A stretch of DNA of 63,823 nt, counting the filler, from an uncultured Methanosarcinales archaeon (lineage in GTDB: Archaea; Nanobdellota; Nanobdellia; Woesearchaeales; CAYNLP01), in NCBI GenBank assembly GCA_964398115.1. It is 4 parts of 4 records of this genome, joined end to end, with 100 filler letters (N's around TTAATTAATTAA, not from the genome) between each part and the next. Parts side by side here need not be neighbours in the genome. Positions count along the whole stretch, not along the records: positions 4,535 to 11,544 come from CAYNLP010000005.1; positions 11,645 to 43,603 come from CAYNLP010000009.1; 2 more parts are not named here. The stretch is one strand, 5' to 3'. The notes under the pieces were generated by a model. That model searched no databases. It was given only the letters and a program-made list of their open reading frames with translations, and was not told the DNA's origin. The position numbers were made by a program, and so were the translations under genes. This document shows positions 9,303 to 18,148 of the stretch, piece after piece. Numbering within the stretch: the first letter of the stretch is position 1; the number at the start of each line of letters is the position of its first letter.

Positions 9303-10217
9303 ATGCCACGAGAAACTAGATCAAAATTAGAAAACATGACTAAGGATGAAATAGAGGATTACGCCGATAGGAAATACGGCATAAGCCTTAGTACGAGTGA
9401 CACTAAAGATGATATGATTAACCAATTCTTTGAAGAATTGGCTAACATGGATACAGGAGAAGATTACGGCAAGCAAATTGAGAATTTACAGAGCAACATG
9501 ACTTTCATCGCCGTAGTCATAGGAATCCTAGTGATTCTGTCTCTTGGATTGAATTGGAAAGTTAGCAGTCAACTTTCCTCTATCCAATCCGGAGAAGTAC
9601 CAACTGACACCGGAGCCGCACCAGGAAACAACAACGGAGGAAACGATAATCCTTCACCAAATCAGGATCAAGGAGCTCAAAGAGCAGACGTTCCAATTCA
9701 AGATAATGATCCGAAGCTAGGGGATTCAAACGCTCCAGTAACAATCGTTGAATTCGCTGACTTTGAATGTCCATTCTGCAAGCGATACTTTGACAACGCC
9801 TATCCACAAATTAAAGAGAACTACGTCGACACAGGGAAGGTTAGGTACGTTTACAAGGACTTCCCACTGACAAGAATCCACCCAATGGCAAAGAAAGCCG
9901 CCATCGCTGCACAATGTGTTTACCAAATCGATGGTAATGACGCGTTCTGGGAATACCACGACATGATCTTCAACAATCAAAATCAATTGTCTGATAGTAG
10001 TTTGAAGCAGTGGGCATCAGATGTTGGATTGAACACGAACGAGTTCAACAGTTGCTTTGACAATAGAGACACAAAAAGTGAGGTTGAAGAAGACCTAAGT
10101 CAAGGTCAAAGCGCTGGTGCAAGCGGTACGCCAACCTTCTTCATCAATGGTAAGAAGATTGTTGGTGCACAACCGTACAGCAAGTTCAAACAAGCCATTG
10201 AGTCTGAGTTGAACTAA
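9303..10217 (+). CDS. Membrane-anchored DsbA-family oxidoreductase
   Basis: EFADFECPFC, YKDFPL..IHP.A..AA, GTPTFFING; TM near aa 68-85. Confidence 0.93.
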   Translation: MPRETRSKLENMTKDEIEDYADRKYGISLSTSDTKDDMINQFFEELANMDTGEDYGKQIENLQSNMTFIAVVIGILVILSLGLNWKVSSQLSSIQSGEVPTDTGAAPGNNNGGNDNPSPNQDQGAQRADVPIQDNDPKLGDSNAPVTIVEFADFECPFCKRYFDNAYPQIKENYVDTGKVRYVYKDFPLTRIHPMAKKAAIAAQCVYQIDGNDAFWEYHDMIFNNQNQLSDSSLKQWASDVGLNTNEFNSCFDNRDTKSEVEEDLSQGQSAGASGTPTFFINGKKIVGAQPYSKFKQAIESELN

Positions 10218-10273
10218 AGACTCAGATCAAAAATAATTTTTTCTTTTTTTCATAACTTTTTTGAGGGTTACCG

Positions 10274-10858
10274 ATGAGCAAAGATGTAAAGTGTAAATAT
10301 TGCGATAGAAGGTTTGGTTCTAAGAGTGCTAGAAATAATCATATCGAGGATAAGCACGGAGATGAGGTTTTCTTAACTCCTACTATGAAGAAGAAAGCGT
10401 TAACTTGGACTGTTGGAATAGTCTTTATGGCGGTTGCCGTTTACGGGATTATTTCAGTTGGTTCTAATTATGAACCAAGTACAGGACAGCCTATGACTCA
10501 AGGAGCGGTTCACTGGCACGCTGATTTGAAAATATTCACGTGTGGAGAGTTTAGGGATCTTTCCAACCTTGGAAGTGGAAGTACGCATGTAGGGACTCCT
10601 GTACTTCACACTCATGGAGATAACAAGATTCATGTTGAAGGCCAGGTTGATCAACCAGAAGATATAAGTTTAGCTTCTTATTTTGATGCTATTAACAAAG
10701 AATTTTCAAATAATACAATCTTGGATAAAACCAATGGTGATGAATGTCCAGATGGCGAGCCAGGCGAAGTGAAGCTTTTCGTTAATGGTGAGAGGAACTA
10801 TGAATATGATAATTACGTTGTTCAAAATGGTGATAGTATAAAGATTACTTTCAACTAA
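10274..10858 (+). CDS. C2H2 zinc finger, TM and His-rich external domain protein
   Basis: CKYC-x12-H-x4-H, TM, HWHAD and HTH....IHVE motifs. Confidence 0.7.
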   Translation: MSKDVKCKYCDRRFGSKSARNNHIEDKHGDEVFLTPTMKKKALTWTVGIVFMAVAVYGIISVGSNYEPSTGQPMTQGAVHWHADLKIFTCGEFRDLSNLGSGSTHVGTPVLHTHGDNKIHVEGQVDQPEDISLASYFDAINKEFSNNTILDKTNGDECPDGEPGEVKLFVNGERNYEYDNYVVQNGDSIKITFN

Positions 10859-10862
10859 AAAA

Positions 10863-11081
10863 ATGGTATACGAATTTGGAATGCCCATCTTTGGTTGGAT
10901 GTTCTGGATGGGTATACTCGGAACGCTTTTGTGGATTGTTTTCCTAGGTTTAATTATATGGTTTATCATTAAACTTGTAAGACAGGATGAAAGAAAAGCT
11001 TTAGAAATTGCAAAAGAGAGACTGGCTAAAGGAGAGATTACAAAAGAAGAATATGAAGAGATTAAGGAGGAGTTAAGATGA
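10863..11081 (+). CDS. SHOCT-domain membrane protein
   Basis: ALEIAKERLAKGEITKEEYEEIK after a TM helix. Confidence 0.88.
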   Translation: MVYEFGMPIFGWMFWMGILGTLLWIVFLGLIIWFIIKLVRQDERKALEIAKERLAKGEITKEEYEEIKEELR

Positions 11082-11461
11082 AGTTAGGATACACTCGACA
11101 GGTGAATTTGGAATACGGTGAAGCAGTAGAGAAAGTAAAAGGTGGATTGGAAGATAAAAGTTTCAAAATAACTCACGAAATGGATGTCAAACACATTTTG
11201 AATGAAAAACTTGGAGAGGAAATAGAGGACTATGTGATATTATCCGCTTCTAAACCTCAGTTAGTTAGTAAAGCATTAAGCATTGATCGTGATATCGGAT
11301 TGATGATTCCTTTCAACGTCATTATTTATACAAAAGAAGAAGAAACGTATGTTTCTGCTCTCGAATTTAGGGATTTAATGGATGAAATTGGAAATCATGA
11401 TCTCAAAGAAGTAGGTGGCGAAATTCAAAGTTATTTGAAAGAAGTTATAGATAATATTTAA
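11078..11461 (+). CDS. DUF302-family protein
   Basis: EMDVKHIL.EKLG....YVIL....P.....AL......GLMIP.NV pattern. Confidence 0.8.
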   Translation: MKLGYTRQVNLEYGEAVEKVKGGLEDKSFKITHEMDVKHILNEKLGEEIEDYVILSASKPQLVSKALSIDRDIGLMIPFNVIIYTKEEETYVSALEFRDLMDEIGNHDLKEVGGEIQSYLKEVIDNI

Positions 11462-11544
11462 ACATTTTCTCAGCGAGGGAAAAGTATATAATTTATAAAA
11501 TTCTATAACGAGGGTGAGCAAGTGGAAGGATGAAGAAAGAGAGG

Positions 11545-11644
11545 NNNNNNNNNNNNNNNNNNNNNNNNNNNNNNNNNNNNNNNNNNNNTTAATTAATTAA
11601 NNNNNNNNNNNNNNNNNNNNNNNNNNNNNNNNNNNNNNNNNNNN
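11545..11644. other. Artificial contig linker
   Basis: N run with TTAATTAATTAA. Confidence 0.99.
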
Positions 11645-12284
11645 CGTAATGGTGGTAAAGACAAGTGAGTTTATCCCAACACTCATCCCCTCTAATTTTA
11701 ATCAGGCCAGCGCCGAGATGTACTTTAAACGCTAGCAGTCTGAAAAGCCATATTACAAGAGTTGGCGGAGGATCTTCAGGGAATGGTTCGAAATTCCAGA
11801 ATGGGACAAGAAACATTGCTAAGAATCCTGTTTCCAAAAGTTGTATCTCCCATCCGTAACTATACCATCTTTGCCCTACATTGACAAAGGAAAGATAGAT
11901 GAACCAGTTTAAGAAGAGTAAAGGAACGTTAGCATATCCAAAAAGTAAAAGGAGTGAAAGGACTATTCCAAAAATGGCGAGGGCTATCAATGCAGTGTCT
12001 GAAATGTGAAACCAGAAAACAGTTGGGATTTCAAGAAAAGCAGAAAATGTGCTTCCAAAATTTCCACTAACTCTTTGCAAAAAGTCTTCAACAGGTAAAA
12101 CACCATTGCTTCCAAGTAAAGGTATCACTTGAAAAGCAAGGCTTACAAACGCGAACAAGTATGTCAATCCTAAAAAGCGTAAAAGTACGAATCGTACAAG
12201 CCAGTACTTGCTAGACTGTTTTTCAAAATACGCATCCATGCTTTCCAGCTTGTCAACCAACCAACTCCAATATTTCTCTACCAC
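11645..12284 (-). CDS. Lipase maturation factor (LMF1) family protein, truncated by contig end
   Basis: LRFLGLTYLFAFVSL..Q..PL.G.NG.LP, YLSFVNVGQ.WYSYGWE.QLLETGFL, GAGLIKIRGD.CW.L..L.HHY. Confidence 0.9.
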
Positions 12285-12319
12285 AAATATAGTTGATAGA
12301 AAAAACTGTGTTAAATGCT

Positions 12320-12853
12320 TTACGCATAGTATTCTTCAACAACTTCATACTCAGGGCCTTCACGACCAAGCTCGCTCTTCACCAATTTGAAACTATCAAC
12401 TTGGAATTCTATATCACGGACATCCATTTCCTCCACATCTTTCTTGAAAGCCACCTTTCCAGGTAAACTCTTAACACGAGCGAGTGTTACGTGAGCATGG
12501 AAGTCATGATCATCTTCAAAACTGGGCAAAGCTTTCCTAACATTTTCTGCTAACTTTTCTAGTCTAGGATTATCCTCAAAACCTAGCCAGAAAACCCTGA
12601 TGTAGTTCTCGTTAGGGAAGAATCCTAAACCATTTGTCTTAATGGTGCATGGTTTGAAATTTACTTGGTCAAGTTTTTCCTTTATCTCTTCTACTTTGGA
12701 TTGGTTGACGTCTCCTAAGAAAGTGAGGGTGATGTGACTTTGTCCTGGGTCAGGCTTGGTGAAGTTACCAGTATTTTCCGGTATTTCATCTTGTAGTCTT
12801 TTAACTTCTTCCTCCACCTCTTTTGGGACATCTACGGCTACGAATAACCTCAT
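12320..12853 (-). CDS. thpR: RNA 2',3'-cyclic phosphodiesterase (2H family)
   Basis: MRLFVAVD, HITLTFLG, HVTLARVK. Confidence 0.93.
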   Translation of the reverse strand: MRLFVAVDVPKEVEEEVKRLQDEIPENTGNFTKPDPGQSHITLTFLGDVNQSKVEEIKEKLDQVNFKPCTIKTNGLGFFPNENYIRVFWLGFEDNPRLEKLAENVRKALPSFEDDHDFHAHVTLARVKSLPGKVAFKKDVEEMDVRDIEFQVDSFKLVKSELGREGPEYEVVEEYYA

Positions 12854-12894
12854 GTCATTACTTACATGGGTATTGGTTGGTTATAAAATTTACC

Positions 12895-13233
12895 TTAGAA
12901 TTCTTCTGATGCTTTATCAGGGTCGAATTCTGCTTCGAAGTTTTCTCCCACGATTTTTTCTTTGCCAGTGTCTTCGTCTACGTGGACTCCTTCTTCCGGA
13001 CTGTCGTCGTCTTCAGAACTGTCTTTTTCACCTATGCGCTCGGCGAAGCCGACGTTTTTGGAAACATTGGTGACTCTAATCCTAATTTCGTCACCAGGTT
13101 TGGTGTCGGGTACGAAGAGAACAAAGCCTTCAACTCTGGCAATCCCGTCACCTTTTTCCCCCATCGCTTGGATGGTGACGTCGAGCTCATCACCTTCGCT
13201 CACAGGTGCTTGTTGATTCACGTCTTGCGCCAT
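12895..13233 (-). CDS. Single TRAM-domain RNA-binding protein with acidic tail
   Basis: APVSEGDE.DV.I...GEKGDGIARVEGFVLFVP. Confidence 0.92.
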   Translation of the reverse strand: MAQDVNQQAPVSEGDELDVTIQAMGEKGDGIARVEGFVLFVPDTKPGDEIRIRVTNVSKNVGFAERIGEKDSSEDDDSPEEGVHVDEDTGKEKIVGENFEAEFDPDKASEEF

Positions 13234-13278
13234 CTGAATCTATCTTCGTTTGTGCTTTTCCTATTTATAAATTTATTG

Positions 13279-14286
13279 TTAAGCATCTTCTAGTCCTTTG
13301 TCTGTTATTTTGAAGATGGCTTCTCCATCTGGCATGCTTGGACTGTCAACTAGCTTGGCTACTCTTGTTCCTTTCTTTCCTTTTCTTAGGTAGATTCTGA
13401 ACACGCTGTTATGAGCTACTATGTTTCCTCCAATTGCTTCTGTTGGGTCTCCAAAGAACTTGTCTGGTTTGCTCATCACTTGGTTGGTTACGTAAACGCA
13501 TACGTTATATTGATCTGCAATTCTGGCGAGGGTGTGCATGTGTTTGTTCAACTTTTGCTGTCTTTCTGCTAGTGTTCCTCTACCGACGAATTCAGCTCTG
13601 AAATGGGCTGTTAGGCTGTCTACAATTACTAGGACTATGTCTTCGTTGTCTTTCATAAGTTCATGAACTTTTTCTGCGAGTAGCATTTGATGGTCGCTGT
13701 TAAAGGCTCTTGCCACTTTGATATTTTGTAATGCTTCTTCTGGTTCTAGGTCTCTAGCTTTTGCCATTTCTGCAGCCCTTTCTGGTCTGAATGTGTTTTC
13801 AGTATCGATGTATACTGCTTGTGCGTTGTCGAATTGTTCTTGACATTTTATGCAGAGGGCGTGTGCGAGTTGTGTCTTTGCACTGCCATATGGTCCGAAG
13901 CATTCTATTATAGCTCCAGTTTCAAATCCTCCTCCTAGGAGGTCGTCGAAGTTTTCACTTCCGGTATGGATTTTCTTAACGTTCTTTCTTTTTTCTAGAT
14001 AGTCTTTTCCGCTTTGGAAGCCCATCTTTAAGCTTTCTCGGGCTTTGTTTATCATTTTCCTAGCGGTGGTTTCGGCTACGCCTCCGGCTGCTTCTGCTAG
14101 CTCGGCTGGTGTTGCTACTGCTATGCTCATGACGGTGTCAAATCCTGCTTCTGCTAGGTTGTCTGCTGTTGACGCGCCCACTCCTGGTAGGTCTGTAACT
14201 TCTGGTTCTTCTTCTGTCATGTTTTTTTCCTTTTCAACTTCTACTTTGACTTTTTTCTCAACTTCTTCTTTTGATTGTTGACTCAT
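13279..14286 (-). CDS. radA: DNA repair and recombination protein RadA
   Basis: HhH DLPGVG, DDLLGGG.ET, YIDTENTFRPER, DSLTAHFRAEFVGRGTLAERQQKLNKH. Confidence 0.97.
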   Translation of the reverse strand: MSQQSKEEVEKKVKVEVEKEKNMTEEEPEVTDLPGVGASTADNLAEAGFDTVMSIAVATPAELAEAAGGVAETTARKMINKARESLKMGFQSGKDYLEKRKNVKKIHTGSENFDDLLGGGFETGAIIECFGPYGSAKTQLAHALCIKCQEQFDNAQAVYIDTENTFRPERAAEMAKARDLEPEEALQNIKVARAFNSDHQMLLAEKVHELMKDNEDIVLVIVDSLTAHFRAEFVGRGTLAERQQKLNKHMHTLARIADQYNVCVYVTNQVMSKPDKFFGDPTEAIGGNIVAHNSVFRIYLRKGKKGTRVAKLVDSPSMPDGEAIFKITDKGLEDA

Positions 14287-14337
14287 TATCTCTCACCTTT
14301 GTGTAATTAATAAAGCTTTGTCTTGCCTTGTCGAATT

Positions 14338-14646
14338 TTATTCTTGGTGTAGTTCTATTTGTACTTCGTCGTCTTCACCTTTTGACAAGGCTAAGTGTTC
14401 ATACGCTTTCTCTAATACTAGTATTGCTTTTGGCAGGTCGTTAATCCTTAGCGAGTTGGTTGATCTCCAGTTGTCTTCGTCATCTTTGTAGCTTCTTTCG
14501 AAAGTGACTGTTTTGTACGTTACTTCGTTGCCTTCTTCGTCTTCTCTTTTGTTTTTCCATATTGTTGCTGTTACTAAACCTGCTCTGAATTTCTTTTCTG
14601 GCAGGTTTTTCTTTGCCTCATATTTTCCACTTACGTCTTGTGCCAT
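14338..14646 (-). CDS. Conserved hypothetical protein, possibly a PC4-like ssDNA-binding protein
   Basis: FRAG.V.ATIW.N...V.FERSYKD...W..T.SL...DLPK; beta-strands then a helix; lies upstream of radA. Confidence 0.55.
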   Translation of the reverse strand: MAQDVSGKYEAKKNLPEKKFRAGLVTATIWKNKREDEEGNEVTYKTVTFERSYKDDEDNWRSTNSLRINDLPKAILVLEKAYEHLALSKGEDDEVQIELHQE

Positions 14647-14650
14647 TTGT

Positions 14651-14729
14651 AAAACCCCCGTCGCTCAAACCTTTTGGGGTTTTTCGGGCTTTGAGCGACA
14701 CTACATATAAAGTGATGGTTTCTTATAAA
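14651..14729 (-). promoter_or_regulatory. TATA box and structured 5' leader
   Basis: TTTATAAG at 14729-14722; 10-bp inverted repeat GTCGCTCAAA/TTTGAGCGAC (14660-14669 and 14690-14699); GGGGGT SD-like tract. Confidence 0.6.
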
Positions 14730-14767
14730 GTGTTGTGTCAAGCCATGTCTAGTGTGTCCAGTGCTTT

Positions 14768-15217
14768 TCATATGAGGAGGTGTACGGTGAGAACAACCAA
14801 GATAAATATTATCACAGTCTCTGCAAAGCTACCAACTCTTAACGGGCCCTTGACCTTCAAGTCTCTAGGATAGAAAAGTTTCGTTCCTTCTTTCGTAACG
14901 CTGTCGGCGAGTAGGTGACTGGCATATCCTATGAGGAATATCCAACTTAGAATTTTCTCCTGAAAAATAGCGTATACTATTATGGTAAAGGTTGTCATTG
15001 CAAATATTGAGTGGAAGAAACCTCTGTGTTTCAATAAGTTTTTCAATAGTTTGAATTTTCTTCCGAGGAAGGAAGTTGAACTATCTATATCTGGGAGTAT
15101 ACTAGCCAAGAGGATTAAAACCGCGGCGGTGATTTCATAACCTGCAATCCAGTTTGTAAATTTTGCGAGTAAGAAGAGTATTAACGCTCCTAACGCTAAG
15201 TGTGTTCTGCCCATCAC
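14768..15217 (-). CDS. Membrane metal-dependent hydrolase (YdjM-like)
   Basis: GRTH, LPDID, HRGFFHS, GYASHLLADS.T..G. Confidence 0.88.
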   Translation of the reverse strand: MMGRTHLALGALILFLLAKFTNWIAGYEITAAVLILLASILPDIDSSTSFLGRKFKLLKNLLKHRGFFHSIFAMTTFTIIVYAIFQEKILSWIFLIGYASHLLADSVTKEGTKLFYPRDLKVKGPLRVGSFAETVIIFILVVLTVHLLI

Positions 15218-15220
15218 TTT

Positions 15221-15808
15221 TCAATCACCAAATTTCATTGCTGACAAGACGCCGGGAATCGCTCCAAAAATGTTCATTAAGAGATCAATTAATATGTCGT
15301 TGTATTCTCCGAAGTCCCCCGCTCCGTATTGCAATACTCCTGTGCCTTCTCCAAGTAGGTTGTATCCGAAGAATTCTATTAGTTCATGGAAAACGCTGAT
15401 TCCTAGAACACATAACAGGACAATAATGAAAAGTCTCATCCTTTTATATTCGTAATTTTCTGGTATGAAGTGGACGTAGCGATAGAAAAAGTATGAAAGT
15501 ATGAAACCGCCGACGAAGTGCATTATCATGTCAAATTGTAGCCATCCCCATTGAATTCCGTAAAACCATAAAGCGCCTGCACAGTGTAGCAATATCAAGA
15601 AGAGTTGTAAAGAATAGCTTAGCAAGTTTTGATTAAATCGGTCGTAGGTGAAGTAGAGGAAGAATACTAGTAGGGAGAAGAAGACGGCGTCGTAAAGCAG
15701 TCCATAGTCAACGTCTGTTCCCTTGTCCGGATATACTATACCACCATATATTCCTAATGCTATCAAAAGAGTGAGAACAAAGACTGTCAACCACTTAACC
15801 CTATCCAT
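15221..15808 (-). CDS. DUF2238-like membrane protein
   Basis: LH..G, FD..MHFVGG, HELIEF, Y.D...DL..N..G. Confidence 0.7.
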   Translation of the reverse strand: MDRVKWLTVFVLTLLIALGIYGGIVYPDKGTDVDYGLLYDAVFFSLLVFFLYFTYDRFNQNLLSYSLQLFLILLHCAGALWFYGIQWGWLQFDMIMHFVGGFILSYFFYRYVHFIPENYEYKRMRLFIIVLLCVLGISVFHELIEFFGYNLLGEGTGVLQYGAGDFGEYNDILIDLLMNIFGAIPGVLSAMKFGD

Positions 15809-15886
15809 ACTCTTGTTAAAAGGTAATAAAGATAATAAACTTTGGGTACTTACTTATAAAAGAAAAAAGTTGTTTCTGCTTAAATA

Positions 15887-16240
15887 ATGCCATCAGTAGA
15901 GTCCATATTGAAATCTCTGGATTATAACGCACGAAGGAATCCTAGACTCTCTTATAAGGTGGAAAGTGATGATGTGAAAATATTTTATCGCACAGCTTCT
16001 GAAAGAAAGCATTACGCCACGCTAGCTTTAGATGATCCTGTTGATAGTGAAATCTTACACTATAAATTGGGATTGACGAGTGGAGAATGGTCTCGAACAC
16101 CAGAGAGTTTTAGGAGATCTATGAGGATTGTTCATCATCATGCAGGAGACTTCGATGCGGGTGAAAGACCAACGCCAGTTCGAGATTTACCTTCTAGATC
16201 TGAGTTAGAAGAATCTGTTGAAAAACAATTGTTGTTTTAA
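15887..16240 (+). CDS. Hypothetical protein
   Basis: 117-aa ORF with TTATAAAA about 25 nt upstream. Confidence 0.55.
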   Translation: MPSVESILKSLDYNARRNPRLSYKVESDDVKIFYRTASERKHYATLALDDPVDSEILHYKLGLTSGEWSRTPESFRRSMRIVHHHAGDFDAGERPTPVRDLPSRSELEESVEKQLLF

Positions 16241-16569
16241 CGACAAACCCCTTCTTCACAATTACAGGGGATGGAAATCCTATCCGGGTATCCATTGTTG
16301 CAGAAGTATTCTACCAGTTTTTCTTCGCCCTGACAATAGTCTTCCTTCACTTCGTTTTCATCTATGTTATATGTCTGTCCTTTCAACCTATATTCTTTCC
16401 CTTTGTCCGTATCGCGACAATCTTCATATCTTATTACTTGTACGTCTTCACCGTATTGTTCTCGGATTGCTTCTCCCGTAGCTCCACTTTGTCCTTGGGT
16501 TATAGAAAAAGCGACGTATCCCAGTAATCCTAGTATGAAAAACCATCCGAACAGCTTCCCGTAGTTCAT
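16237..16569 (-). CDS. Small secreted Cys-rich protein (CxDTDxG module)
   Basis: TM, ATGEAI, CRDTDKG...EDYC....LVEYFC...C.C..G.C. Confidence 0.7.
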   Translation of the reverse strand: MNYGKLFGWFFILGLLGYVAFSITQGQSGATGEAIREQYGEDVQVIRYEDCRDTDKGKEYRLKGQTYNIDENEVKEDYCQGEEKLVEYFCNNGYPDRISIPCNCEEGVCR

Positions 16570-16608
16570 AACATTATTAGGATGAGTAAAGGTTGTATTT
16601 AAACGTTC

Positions 16609-16836
16609 TCACAATAAGTTTTCATAAGAAGATTCGACTGCTTCTTTACAAACTCTGACCTCATCACCGTCGCGTTCAACATAACCTTCCTCTTCATATA
16701 AACTTAGAAACCTATCTAGTTGATCCTCGCTAGGTCTGGGCAAGAAATCTACTTCTCTAGTAAGTTCAGAAACAGTTCTAGGATTATCTTCAATTAAAAG
16801 TTCCAATACTTTTCTACGTAATTTTTCATTTCTCAT
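16609..16836 (-). CDS. Small winged-helix-like protein
   Basis: LRRKVLELL...P.TVSEL...L..Y.EEGYVER; coupled to RPA gene. Confidence 0.55.
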   Translation of the reverse strand: MRNEKLRRKVLELLIEDNPRTVSELTREVDFLPRPSEDQLDRFLSLYEEEGYVERDGDEVRVCKEAVESSYENLL

Positions 16837-18092
16837 AATTCATCTATGCTCGGAATATCTTCGTCACCTATTTCTTCTTCACCGACGTCTTCATCCATCA
16901 TACCTTCTTCCATTGCTTCATCACTAACCATCGCTTTCTTTTCTTTTTCAACGTCTTCATCACTCTCTTCATCGTCTGTTTCTTCCTCATCTTTAGACTC
17001 TCCTTTTTCTTCATCACTTTCTCCTTTGTCTTCTTCGCTTTCTTCAGGTTCTGGTTGTACTTCCGGTTCGGGAGTTTCTTCAACTTCCACGTCTTCATCT
17101 GCTTGTTCTTTCAACTTATTCATTTCTTTTTCTGGATCAGGATTTCTTTCGATAAAGTTCGCGACGAGTTCTAACCTGTCGAAAGCATCGTTGTACTGTA
17201 CTCTTCCTCTAACCCTTACAATATTTCCAAGCAGATCGTTCTTTTCCTCTTCGAATTCAACTGGTGCTTCTCTGAACTCTTTAACTTCTTCATCATCTAA
17301 GCCTAAAAGCCTTTGAACACTATTCCGCCACAGAACAGCTCTAATGTTGTCGGTGCCGTCATCCAAGAAAAGGTTCATAACGTAGCTATAATCTGGATCG
17401 TTTACAGTACCGTGAGTTTCGCATTCGTAACTGTCTCCGCTTTCTCTTGCTCTGCTGCCACAACCAGGACATACTTCGAAAAATCTTGGTTCGAAAACTT
17501 GTACTATCGTGGCTAACACTTCAACGTTATCATCTTCTTTCTCCAAATCTTCTACTTTCTTCCTAGCTGGACCGATGTCATCAAGTTCGACATCAACACT
17601 GACGTCAGGAGGGTTTACTGTTAAGTCGCTTTTTTCATTCAAGTGTATTTCCGGACGGTTTTGATTCTCTCTAACATAACCGCTTTCAATCATTACCGTG
17701 TCGCCTTCACTAATGTTTTCAATCAAGTCAGCTTGGTCGTTCCACAATACAATTCTTATCGTACCTGTATTGTCAGCTAGTATAAAGTTACCAACTTTTC
17801 CACTCCTGCCGTTCTTGTCGAACTCGTTTATGTCAAAAACTTTGTAAGCTTTACCGATTACTTCGACATCTCGCATACCTGATACTATGTTGTCAATTTC
17901 TAAACGGCCAGTGCTTTGTGTCAATTTAACATCGAGTTCGTTGGCTACGATGTGCGCAGCGCCTTCCTCACTTATCAGGCCAGAAAGTTGATCAAGTTTT
18001 TCTTCAATCTTTTTATCTAAAGAATCCTCGCTGATATCGGTTTCTTCCAAAATTTTTTCTTTAATCTTACTCATAGGAATGTTAATACTCAA
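16833..18092 (-). CDS. Replication protein A (OB folds and Zn finger) with acidic tail
   Basis: GLISEEGAAHIVANEL, D.TG.IR.VLW twice, CPGC...CETH; TTG start. Confidence 0.92.
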   Translation of the reverse strand: MSINIPMSKIKEKILEETDISEDSLDKKIEEKLDQLSGLISEEGAAHIVANELDVKLTQSTGRLEIDNIVSGMRDVEVIGKAYKVFDINEFDKNGRSGKVGNFILADNTGTIRIVLWNDQADLIENISEGDTVMIESGYVRENQNRPEIHLNEKSDLTVNPPDVSVDVELDDIGPARKKVEDLEKEDDNVEVLATIVQVFEPRFFEVCPGCGSRARESGDSYECETHGTVNDPDYSYVMNLFLDDGTDNIRAVLWRNSVQRLLGLDDEEVKEFREAPVEFEEEKNDLLGNIVRVRGRVQYNDAFDRLELVANFIERNPDPEKEMNKLKEQADEDVEVEETPEPEVQPEPEESEEDKGESDEEKGESKDEEETDDEESDEDVEKEKKAMVSDEAMEEGMMDEDVGEEEIGDEDIPSIDEL

Positions 18093-18148
18093 TTTTAGTA
18101 GCCCCCAATCTTTCGAGAGTTGCGATTAGTTTATAAAATTTTCTACCC

